Source: Trichoplax adhaerens
Lineage: Eukaryota > Animalia > Placozoa
Length of the DNA stretch: 64,000 bases
Assembly (NCBI RefSeq): GCF_000150275.1
Contig: NW_002060948.1
Coordinates: forward strand, 1,077,983 to 1,141,982
Reading direction: 5' to 3'
Of the stretch, positions 27,501 through 38,729 are shown piece after piece. Within the stretch, counting starts at the first letter, position 1, and every line of letters starts with the position of its first letter. The position numbers were made by a program, and so were the translations under genes. The notes beneath the pieces were generated by a model that did no database searches, had not been told where the DNA came from, and saw only the letters and a list, made by a program, of their open reading frames with translations.

Positions 27501-28675
27501 GCCGCTTGTTCCTTGGATCCTGGATGATAAGAATGAATACGAATAATAAATCGTCAATTTCTTGATCACTGAATGATCATCAATCCTTGTACCGACCGAC
27601 GTACAGAATATTACTATATACCGCAGATAAAAATTAGCAGTGATTGCATGCTAGGAGATTAGTAGTTCCTATAATGCCTAATACTTGGTACTAAGGCTTT
27701 GCTGATCATGTTCTAACGTCATTTATTTTACGATTAACCTTTCTGTACTGATCCAAATTCCTAATTTTTCACTTCTCGAATGAACTATATCATAACATTA
27801 TAGCAATCAATGCTACTGACTCTACACAGATACTAACGTGGAGGCCATCATACTCTATTTTATCAGCTTTCTTCTGATGACGTTATTGATTAACATTTGA
27901 CTGGGTGAATGATAAGCTATTACTATATCCTAACTTGAAAACCTACTCTGATACCTACAATGATAGTCGACTATTTTGAAATAAGTTATTCTATCATTGC
28001 TGGGTGAATGAAGAGCTAATACTATATCCCGACTTGAAAAACCTACTCTGATATCCATTACGATGGTCGATTATTTTTGAAATAAGTTAACCTATCATTG
28101 CTGACTGAATGATGAGCTAATAGAGCTATTACTATATTCTGACTTGAAAAACCTGCTCTAATATCCACTATGATGGTCGATTATTTTGAAATAAGTTATT
28201 CTGTCATTGCTGGATGAATGATGAGCTATTACTATACCCCGACTTGAAAAACCTGATCTAATATCCTTTACCATAGTCAACTATTTTGAGATAAGTTATT
28301 CATCATTATCACCAAAGCTGTGTTGATCATTAAAGTCTTATTCAATATCCATGATGATGATGATCTATGTATGTACAGTATATCTATGCAATAGTGGAGG
28401 TAATAATTGATAGATTGTACGAGAAGTAATACAACGATAACATGAATGTTGAATTGATCATAGTCTTGTGAGTTATTTCAATTTGGAGCCATGGCGAAGA
28501 CAGTTTTATTACATCATCAACGACGATGCCATGTCAATCAATACGAATAACAAGTAAATTGAAGGATGAACAAACCTCCAGTCTCTTCTAATTGTAATGC
28601 ACTGGAGATGAGTTCAAAAGCTCTTTTATGATGAAGGCGAATACTCTTTGACGCTTCGGATGCACTCGTAGCCAT
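24588..28675 (-). CDS. SPAST: Spastin, microtubule-severing AAA ATPase with MIT domain (coordinates from first in-frame ATG; possible non-AUG extension to ~28813)
   Basis: MIT helix [23 protein letters not shown] domain: [42 protein letters not shown] (Walker A), [11 protein letters not shown] (Walker B), [38 protein letters not shown]. Ends WNSEYGVSS*. Confidence 0.96.
27900..28307. repeat. Tandem repeat, ~100-bp unit x4, in spastin intron 1
   Basis: Unit CTGGGTGAATGA..AGCTA.TACTATATCC..ACTTGAAAA.CCTACTCTGATA....GATGGTCGA.TATTTTGAAATAAGTTA..CTATCATTG recurs at ~27901, 28000, 28101 and 28210. Confidence 0.9.
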
Positions 28676-28954
28676 GATCGTTTTAATAGGTTGCTTAGCT
28701 AGACTTGGATACCATTTCCTTCGTTCTCGCTTAACAATGAAATAAACGTAATAAGATAGGCCAGCTACTACTATCGAAAGTAGTAAAGATTGTAATAACG
28801 CCAATATGGCAATTTTGATGGATTAACAATTTGGAAATGGCTTGACGATAACGATAAAAAGCGAATTCTCAACTGGTTGCTGCAAGCTTGGTTTGAAATG
28901 GTTGAAACAAGTTTACCCCTGTCGAAGTTCTTTCCGTGACAAACTGCCAATGCT

Positions 28955-29080
28955 GGCAGTACAGTGTACAGTCGGTCGAGGCGCCCAGAACCTAGTACTG
29001 TACTTAGTGCACTGTACACTGTACAGTGTACAGTGCAGTAACAGTACTGCGCACTTAGTGCACAGAGAATATGACGTCAA
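28955..29080. repeat. TACAG/TACTG word array upstream of spastin, ending in a perfect CRE palindrome
   Basis: AGTACAGTGTACAGT and ACTGTACACTGTACAGTGTACAGTG, with TGACGTCA at 29072-29079. Confidence 0.8.
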
Positions 29081-29605
29081 CGATACCTAGGAAATGATAA
29101 TATACTGTAGTATAACATAAACCTCTATGACTGCTGTACTCATATAGGTTAGAAAAAGTTTTTTTTTTTTTAACCTTTTTCTTCACTCTATGGTTCTACT
29201 GCAATCTTTTCTAGACTGGACCAGAAAAATTGTACCGAACTAGAGACTCTACTGTTTTGCTTTGCTAGTCTCTAGTTAAAGATAGTACTGCTCGAAAAAT
29301 ACTACTGTACTGTCTATTTCTAGCAGTCTCTGCACTTGACTGAACAGTATAAATAGTCTAATGCACTGATTATAATGCGCTTCCTTAAGGCAGCCATGGA
29401 CTACGACAGTGTTACTAGTCTATTCAGTAGTCCGATAGGACGCAGCATACAATATTTATAGTAGCCTGATCGTTAATAGAAAATCTGTGAGAGATATTAA
29501 TACACAGCACTGCAGCTTGCAGAAATCTTAGCTAGACCTGGTCAGGACCTTGGCAAAATCGTCAGCCTGCTCATTTCTTGTTACTTTTATAGAGTCCCAG
29601 CTTTT

Positions 29606-29680
29606 TACTCTACAGTACAGTACTGTACAGTACTGTACTGTACACTGTACAGTATAATGGCAACAGCCACGATGACGTAA
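29606..29680. repeat. TACAG/TACTG word array upstream of the orphan gene
   Basis: TACAGTACAGTACTGTACAGTACTGTACTGTACACTGTACAGTA followed by TGACGTAA (29673-29680). Confidence 0.85.
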
Positions 29681-30973
29681 TGGAGTGCAATACGACCACT
29701 CTGCGTCTCAAGTCCGTCTGTTACCACATTGCTCACTTCGGCAGGCATTAACTGGTTTATTAAATCTTCAACCAAGTCTTGCGTTGGCCCTTAGGTATAT
29801 CACCAATATGGCCTATGAATCTGAAAGCAATAAAGGTAAGCAAGAATAGTAAATGTATAACATGGACTATACTGGATGGATGCCCGTAGAGGAATGATGT
29901 TTTTGTAGTATACTGTAAAATAAAATAGGCTCTACTAAAGTGACTATAGTATAGTGTAGGCACCTGCAGAGTGCATTGAATGAACTGGTTATATTTTCTG
30001 TTTTATGAATCGATGAATCAGAAATAATGATCAACGATAGTTCTAGTGTAGAGTCGGATAAAATTATCTCACAATTTATTGTGGCTGCTGTACTGTAGTT
30101 ACATGATACCGCCGACACCTCCTCCTAAAGGTAGTAAAATCACAACAGCGATTGTTACAACTTGCTTGTGATCGAATGATTATGTTAGTGTATACGTAAC
30201 TATTCTGTAAGGACAATGATTTTGGAAAAGTCTACGCGACAGCAGGCCATCTCCCAAAATATTGACACGCCTAAACCTCTATCTATCATATTGATAATTT
30301 CAATTTTGAATTTCTCATCTTGTTCCTGATATTATACTGCTGAATTCCAAGTATATCTACGCGATTCAAGAATGATTGTCGAGTAGAAGATGAGAGAAAT
30401 ACGTAAACGTAACTGCTGGATACTAAAATTAAATTGTACGAGTAAATGCAAGTGTTGAAATTACCTAATCTGTACAATCATAAAGGATCCTATGGTACAG
30501 TGCAGTCAAATTATATCCACCACAGTAGTAAATGAGTGTTTGATTGTACATGTGTAGTCTAGAGAACTGTACAGTACAGTACCATCAACCAACCTTGATA
30601 CGAGTATATTGCAATACCTTGAGGTTACCGATAAAAAAATATAGCTGTACTACCTCTACGAGTATACCGTAAGAGAAGCACACTGGATATGCATACTACT
30701 CTTAGAATCTTTCTCCTTCTGTATCAGAACTATTTTAGTGGCATGAATTACCACTAATGTTACCATACTTTCACGTAATAACAATTTTTGTCTAAATGTA
30801 GTCACTAATCAGTACCATAACATAAAGAGACTTTCTACACTAATCAGCTTAGAGCATAGATACTGACTACTATTAGACATTCTATCAAAACAAACAACAG
30901 TAATATTTTACCAACTGGTTTAGCGCTACTCAGATAATTCCCTGATAGATTGGATATTTATTATCTTTGCTAA

Positions 30974-32149
30974 ATGAATACTATAGCAGTATTACTAACA
31001 TTGACGTGTATCTATTTATACGTAGTTCACATTCGCAATTACATCAATCCTGCTGATGGCGAATTCGGATTTGGTACAAATACTTTATTCAAATATTATG
31101 AGAGAAAGGTCTACGGATTAAAAAAATGCTGGAAAGAAGAGACAGAACTAGCAATACAGAATCAACAGTTGTATCTACAATTCAACGATGCTACCTTTTA
31201 TCCCGACCCATTACCAATTGATAAAGGCGTCCTAGGCTATTTTATATCTTTTACTATTAACATGGACAACTATCAAGGGCAGAAAATCGACTATGTTGAA
31301 AGTACTTATCATGATATTGATTCTTTTATCGATGGTCGACATTTAACAGTACGTCGGTATGAAGCTCGTGTCAAAGGTTTAATGACTCCAAATCCGATTC
31401 CAATGTGTGCTGCTCAAACTTATATCACTAAATTAGTCAATCGAAATCCCAAAGTACTTAAATGTATCGTTGTTGATAATAATGGTAATCGAGTATTAAT
31501 TCAAGGCACTCTGTTTCGTGGTCGAGAATTATATGTATATGGGCAAAAAGATGCCGGTGAGCCATTTGATAGCTTTGAAAAAGTACCAAAAGTTGATTTA
31601 ACTCATCAAAAATCGAAGCTTTCTAGAGATGCTAGTAGAGCACCTTATATTAAAGATTATGTAGATCCAAAAGATGGCAAGTTAGAGTATAGTAACAATA
31701 CAGTCTATCGTTACTTTGAAAGGCAAGTGCATGGATTAACTGGATCATGGGAGGAAGGAACTGAGGACGCAATTACTAATGGTAATTTATTCTTAAACTT
31801 GAATGGCCGGAAAATATTTCCCGATCGGCGTAGGATTAATAGAGGTATTCGAGGCTATTACGTCTCATTTACCATCGATATTGATAAAGAACAAGCGCGT
31901 AATATTACTTACAACCTTATTACCAAATCTAACGTTGATCAATATCAATATGAAGCAGTAGCGGAAGGATTATGGACACCCAATCCCATCCCAAAGATTT
32001 TTATTAGGAACTATTTAAGCAAACTTACTACTTTAAATATATCTGGTATTGGGTACATGATAGCACCTAGTGCAAAATCAATCAAAATTAAGAATATAGA
32101 ATCACTTGCTGATAACCTTATGTCTACGGTGACGAAGAAGCTGATATAG
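30974..32149 (+). CDS. Uncharacterised protein with two tandem copies of an unrecognised ~130-aa domain (391-aa ORF; true 5' end may be spliced in at 31026)
   Basis: 1176-nt open frame in AT-rich DNA. The internal protein repeat (aa19-154 vs aa225-351) is conserved at amino-acid level, which indicates a real coding sequence. Confidence 0.85.
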   Translation: MNTIAVLLTLTCIYLYVVHIRNYINPADGEFGFGTNTLFKYYERKVYGLKKCWKEETELAIQNQQLYLQFNDATFYPDPLPIDKGVLGYFISFTINMDNYQGQKIDYVESTYHDIDSFIDGRHLTVRRYEARVKGLMTPNPIPMCAAQTYITKLVNRNPKVLKCIVVDNNGNRVLIQGTLFRGRELYVYGQKDAGEPFDSFEKVPKVDLTHQKSKLSRDASRAPYIKDYVDPKDGKLEYSNNTVYRYFERQVHGLTGSWEEGTEDAITNGNLFLNLNGRKIFPDRRRINRGIRGYYVSFTIDIDKEQARNITYNLITKSNVDQYQYEAVAEGLWTPNPIPKIFIRNYLSKLTTLNISGIGYMIAPSAKSIKIKNIESLADNLMSTVTKKLI

Positions 32150-34067
32150 TGACAACCTCTGCTAGCAATAACATATACCGCCATGCACCTCCTCTACCTC
32201 CGGATTACAACGAGTTATATGACTAACTTTGCTCTGTTTTACTTTACCGCAATTTATTCCAACTTCTTAGGTTATTTCGATACGTTATTCACTGCTATAA
32301 CAGATTTGAATATTGTCACATATTCCTTCTGTTGTACTCATCATTCAGTTATAACAGAAATTAGTTAATAAACCTGGGCTAGAATATCAAGATCATTGCT
32401 ATGATTACAATACTCACATTTCGATAATTAAATTATGGTAGATATACGAAGTGTACAGATCTAACCAAATTTGCAACACTTGCGATTATTGTAAAGATGA
32501 CGTTTATATGACAATATTAATATAAATTAATTTATCCTGACTACGTTACGTATTTATTATATTAGAGCTATTTATGTCCCTATATCAAACTTCAGAAATT
32601 AATTCTTAAAGATTGTTACGACTATTACTTCGTCTTCATGTTGGGATAAACTTAAGAATTATATTACAATTTGCTTAATGTACTAGATATTATATCTCAC
32701 GTGTATATACGTAATATTATACCTAATATATTTCAGATGATTGTTTCAATAATTCTAAAAATAGTTAAAATTATAAACTTTATCGACTTAATCTCTCTTA
32801 TTATAAAAATACTTTAACTGATATAAATGGATTGATTTATTCGATGAAATTTCAGATTGACGATTAAAATTTAATAACTTTTCGCTTTAGCTATGCTTGT
32901 GTAATAATTTCTTTTCTTATAATACACGTAGCTTCTGCCATGCTTTACAACAACTGCTTTACAGCTCTAAAATCAAATTTGACTATAATTCGCTCTCATA
33001 TGCGATTTAAAAATAAATTCCTTTACGCAATACTCCAGTTCTCGTATTTGAGTCAACGTCTAGCATAAATACATTTGATATGTCTCTTTACAGATTTGAT
33101 AATAGTAACTCTAATTTTATGTATCGTGCACGGTATCTAGATATATTTATATCAGTCAGGGTAGCCTTACTCAATTAACCAGTGATATCTACTTATTAAC
33201 ATCAATTTAGTTCCAGTAGCAGAGAATACAGAAATAATTAAATCTGTCTCCTCATATAATTAATCAGGTTATATGTTTAGCCTTATACTAGATTTCATTA
33301 TACAGTATAATCATCACAATTTGTATTAACATGGTTAAATCATAATATAGTATACTAGGGATTAATCATGGGCAGTTATTACCTTTTAATCTCATTTTAA
33401 AGAGGAGTACCATTAGCTATTATTCTAGACTATCTAGAATGCATATAATATACTACAAGAAAATCTTTATTTTGGCGTAGATGCTAAACATAAGTATTGA
33501 ATAATTTAAAAGCTAAAGGTGTTAAAATTTTGCCAAAGTCTTTGTTGTATAAACGGAATAAAGTTTAAAAATTTATACGATTTCTTAGTACCATAATGGC
33601 AGTAATTACAGTTTGGCAGGCCTTTAATACATAATATAAAAGAGCTAGCAAGTGTCCAGTAATTAAAATCCGGATCTATATAAACAAGTGATTTAATTGT
33701 TCATTACTCTAATTCATATTCGCTTAAAACTAAAAAGTATTATAATGATAAATATTGAAAATAAACTCGGATTATTTAATATTATTATAAGACAAAAAGT
33801 TACTCATAAATTCATATTTTAGTATAAAAATGTCATTCGCAAAGTATTACATCCAGCTATTTAAATGACTGTTCCTTAGATGGGAATGTGATATCCTATC
33901 CAACTTATAGATTTCATACATTAATATGATAGTTACTTCCAAATCTATTTATTAGAAAAGAAATTGTAGTCTTAAATAGACAATTAATAGCCATTACAAT
34001 CCTAAGCATGACACTTCTGTACAAGTAAAATAGGTTATACCTTGAAATGTGTTCTATGCAAATCAGT

Positions 34068-34250
34068 ATTTATCCTTACCTGACTATGACAATTAGCGGT
34101 ATACCTACATTAATTAGTATAGCTTGCAAATAAGATGGTGGCATTCTAGTTCCACGGGATGTTGTTTAAATGAGAAAAACAAATTATTCGAATTGACATG
34201 ACATGAAAGCCCTAGAGCAAAAAATGGCGCTTGTTCCAACCATAATGCCC
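34068..34250 (-). pseudogene. Degenerate fragment of a third CRT-like transporter (end of exon 1)
   Basis: Minus strand reads FLI*TTSRGTRMPPSYLQAILINVGIPLIVIVR|gtaagg, matching LLVVFASSGTRTPPYLQAILQNVSIPLIVIVR of the intact gene. There is an in-frame TAA and apparent frameshifts upstream. 28 nt across the splice junction are identical to 38234-38261. Confidence 0.75.
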
Positions 34251-35941
34251 TTTACATGTCTCTAGTACAGTATTACATAAAATAATTAATTCTACCAAGA
34301 TTTTTATTACCCTCGAGAATCACTGAGTGTATAGTATAGGGATGAATGCGAGTGGCTAACGTTATAGTTTCTTCTACATTGACGTGATAACCATGAAAAT
34401 ATAACACTGTCAACTATTTATTTGATCTCTTTATAGTAGTCCGCGTATTATGATCTATAGATGATGCTCTTAAGAATGGTGGACTACCCTCTGAAAGCGC
34501 TATTCGCGCTACTGATCTAACTGAATTAAGTAATAACTAATTTACACGATATATTCACAGAACGGATATAAAGTATATTTCGTACTGATAGCGAAGTGGT
34601 TTAGGTGTTGAAATAGTATAAACAACGATTTATTCGAAATTCATATGCAGATACGCAATATTTGACATATATTATCTATATCAAATCAGCACGTAACTGG
34701 CCGTTTTGATTCGTATTTGGCAGGTATTGATAGTAGGTCAATATAAGCAACACATACCTTGATCTTTAAAGGCTCGAAACTTTTCCAGTTCATAGATATG
34801 TTTTTATACCACTCATCGAATAAAACACGGTTTAACAGGATTTCTATGGAAATCAATAACGTTATAAGTTATAAAATAAATTATCGGAAATTGTTCTGAC
34901 GTGGTGGCTAAAATTTTTGATTGTTAATTCCTATTGTAAATTGTACCCAGTTGCATATAATATCTGAGTAATGTATTATTATGAATTAATTATCGATGAT
35001 CTTCATATTGCAACTATTACTGAGCAGTAAACTAATGCTGAACTACAGTAAACACTGCTCTTGCATAGTTTATTTAATCTTCACCTAATTGACCTTCTGC
35101 AGTAAATAGATAATTTCAGGGAGCAGCTTCGTTCACGCGACGGAGAATACAATAATAATTGAATCTGACTATTTACATATTCGATAATACGTATCGTACA
35201 GTATATTACTGCATACTCCTTATTTTACTCTCATAATATATTTTATCATACAATATGATATCAAAATTGCATTAAAGATAAAATTAGAATGTATTCAGAA
35301 TTACTACCAAAGAACGGTACTCTATACCATTAATGGAGAGTATCTACAGCTGTTCTTGAAGATTAAATTAATGTAAATTTAATAATAACAGCGAATCTTT
35401 AATTTAAGATAAATGTGAAACATCAGAATTTAATTGATTTAAAAATTAAAGATTATAATTAAAATTTTGTGAGTCTTTATTGTTAGAAAAAATCGAATTA
35501 AACTGTAAAATATTCATTAAAGAATTGGGATAGCTGTAATTAAAATAATGCAAGCTCTCGTTTTATGATACAAAAAGTCGTCGTTTGCAGTCTAATGACT
35601 AAAATCTGGATCGATAGACAATAATTTTTAAATTTATTATCTATATCCAATTGGATAAAATAAAAACTACCACTGGAATAATTATATAGGATAAACTATG
35701 ATTGTAGTTACAGACACAAGAATTATTTTCGAATCCATGCTCTAGTACAGAAAGTTTTTTTACAAGGAATGTCATTAGCATCCGAAGAATTGCACCTTAA
35801 GTAGAGATATAATTTCCTTTAAAGTCTTTAGATTCGTACATATCATGATTGATAGATACTTTTAAATCGGTTCATTAGGAAAGAAGATTATAATGATTTG
35901 TTAGATAGTTTACACAAAACTACTGTAATTAGCTGAAATCA

Positions 35942-38729
35942 CTACAGTTTATCATATCCCATCAAGGAAGCGGTGGAATCAGTATCATCGCGGTTAGTCA
36001 TATCGATTTCCTTTTTACTATAGTCAAGAAAATTAATGAGTGATTAATAAGCTTTCAAAAATGGAACCCACAACATCTTTTAGTAATACTGCAAATATCT
36101 CAATCAAATAGAATTTATGCATGAAGCAATACAATTTAACTAAAATAGCTAGCAATCTCTAGATCCCGAGATATCCTACCCCATATTGTAGATAATCAAA
36201 GCTGGAAACATGACGATTATACCAGCAAGGCTAAACCAGGTTGTATTAGAAACGTGCGGATGAAACATGAATGGCTCTTCTTGAAATAACGTCCAAAAGA
36301 TGAAACCAATCGGTGTTACTAACGCCTAATAAACGAGCAGTATTATCGTAAATATGAGCTTATAAAGTTATTTGTAATTATATATTGCAACAATTATTTC
36401 TATAACTCAAAATGGTACTTTGATTTATCAATTCGTGCTTGGTAGCCTAATAATTTCGTACATATTCATAGTACGAGATTAAAATTCACAATTATGAATA
36501 TTTTATGCACCGTTAAACTTTCTCTATTGTAGCATCGCTTGTCTTACAGTTTATAATATAATAAAATGGACATACAAGGCTTCCAGGTTCTAATATGTAA
36601 TGATTACTTACGCCGACAATAGCCAACAGAGTTGCTCCTTCTGCATAACGCATTAATAAGCTACCACCAATGTAGTTTATAATGTAAAAGAGGATAAATG
36701 AGGTTCCTCTTAGTCCAGGTGCAGCTGAACAACCAGAACCGCCAAAAAAGCATGATAACCCGAAGGCATAACTTAGGAATAGAAAATAATAATGACTTTA
36801 GTAACACTGATCATCGTAAATTGTATACTGTAGCGAATCAAGTATTGAAAAGATAGAATACGGTTATTATGGAACAGAATCTGGTAATGTAAATATTCAT
36901 ATAATCGTAATAAATCTAACAAACTAGAATTAAAGTTAAATATTTTAATGTTAGATACATAACTAACAGCTGATCTGTTTACGTTGGATTATGGCCAATA
37001 TTATTTAATATTTTATCATTTTGGTGGGCACCAGATGTTCAATAATGTCGCAGATGCAGCAATTAGATATTATCGTTGCAGTGTACTGTACACTATACAG
37101 TATGTCAGTTGAGTATTTCTATGATATTATCATTACCTTCGACCAAATGTTTGAATGTCTGGCTGATTGCCGTAAAATGGTAGAAAATCAAGCCAGAAAA
37201 AGAGGGCCACGGTCACTAGCTGATAAAATGATGTCCAGGTTAAATACCATATAGCATTGACACGCTTTTCATTTGGACTTTTCATCTTTAAACCAGCTTC
37301 TTCATAAGCATTCATAAAGGCGGCAGGTATCTTACGATAATAAAAATTTAAAATTAACTAAGGCAGGCTTACTATTGCGAGCTATTGTGTTAATTAGTCA
37401 ATTATAGCTTAATTAACTTTCATAAAAATCTTTGCTTTTCTTGAGCAATTGAAATATTATGTAAGCTAGAGTTACAGTACTCACAAATCCAATCATAAAG
37501 ATAATAGGCCAAATAATTGCTGCAGCACCAGTAGCAGCATGAGGCAAATGATGTTGTGCTTTACCATTGATGGAAGGAAAGATCTTAGGTATAAGGCAAA
37601 TAAACAGACACAACATAACAACCACGGTGCAAATCAATTTTTTCAGTGTTGGCTTCTTATGCAACAACAGGTATCTGTTCAATAAATTCAATTTTCGAAT
37701 TGTAACTATTTTTATAGATTACAATAATCAGGGTTATTATTATGATAACATGTTGCCTATAATGACCAGCACTATATGAGCGATGTTTAATGTTTTCTGC
37801 ATATTCTATTTACAAGTATGATGACACATGAAAATGTTCGATCCTATGGACGATAAAGCAATTACTAACTCCGTAGATACTATTGCTATTACTCTATTAA
37901 GCTAACTATTTTGAATTTTGTTATTATTCTTCAACGACTGGTTAGAACGGCATAAAGATGAAAGATGATTAAGACCAATAATGCAAAGTGGGATACACTA
38001 ACTAATCGGTTATCATCCTCGTTAACTAGCAGCCTTAATATATTTAATCTTCACCAGCAACAATATTCCTATCACTGATTCGTAAATTTTTAATAGCTAA
38101 TAATAAAAGTATAGTAAACTGTGTACTATGATCAATTCAGTAGATGATATTCTATTAGTACGGTACTATCTCTATATCATTACATAAACAAAAAGCCTAT
38201 ACTTTAAAATGGTGTATCCATCAAATAAATTAATTTATCCTTACCTGACTATGACAATTAGAGGTATAGAAACGTTTTGTAATATAGCTTGTAAATAAGG
38301 TGGTGTTCTCGTTCCACTACTAGCAAAAACTACTAATAACCCATTAGCAGCATCAAAACCACCAACAACGATTAGGTTTTTACGAGGAAAATTTCTTTCA
38401 GCTTCGCCAATTTCACCCGGTTTGATAAACTTTATAGCTAACGTTATTGCTCCGAAAAAAATAACGTAGCAAAAAGAAGCGAATGACACGACGAAATAGC
38501 TATCCATAGATAGATGGGTGTGATTGCCATTTTCAGTTATATTATCTATATCATATGAAGCATTATTTTTCGCTACTTGTTCAGTAGCATCGACCCATAA
38601 AGGTAAAGAAATAAGTTGTCCACTTTGGCCAATAACAGATAGAGCAGCAAAAAAGATATTGGCTAGCAACAGGTTGCATCGAACTGGTCCTAAAGCGAGT
38701 TGTTTCTTTCTACTATTTATTAGTACCAT
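35942..38729 (-). CDS. CRT-like (chloroquine resistance transporter-like, DMT superfamily) multi-pass transporter, paralog A, 6 exons
   Basis: About 10 hydrophobic helices. Motif GFDAANGLLVVFASSGTRTPPYLQAILQNVSIPLIVIVRYLLLHKKPT resembles CRT/CLT/Dictyostelium crtp proteins. Also PAAFMNAYEE, WTSFYQL, SCFFGGSGC, MRYAEGATLLAIV and FWTLFQEEP. Ends GYDKL*. Family assignment is from motif recall. Confidence 0.8.

Noticed and set aside
29238-29278. 11-bp inverted repeat AACTAGAGACT/AGTCTCTAGTT
   Set aside because: Too short to call a transposon or structured RNA without further copies.
29729-29750. TTGCTCACTTCGGCAGGCAT resembles the 5' end of U6 snRNA
   Set aside because: No downstream U6 core (ACAGAGAAGATTAGC) follows, so this is a short chance match.
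33560-33690. Possible further CRT-like relic (minus strand ...CQTV.LPLW)
   Set aside because: Similarity is limited to a few residues and needs frameshifts, so it cannot be supported by eye.
34455-34525. Possible C/D snoRNA or stray exon (ATGATGC...CTGA...CTGA; reads DDALKNGGLPSESAIRATDL)
   Set aside because: Imperfect C box, no convincing rRNA complement, no host gene, and no partner exons found.
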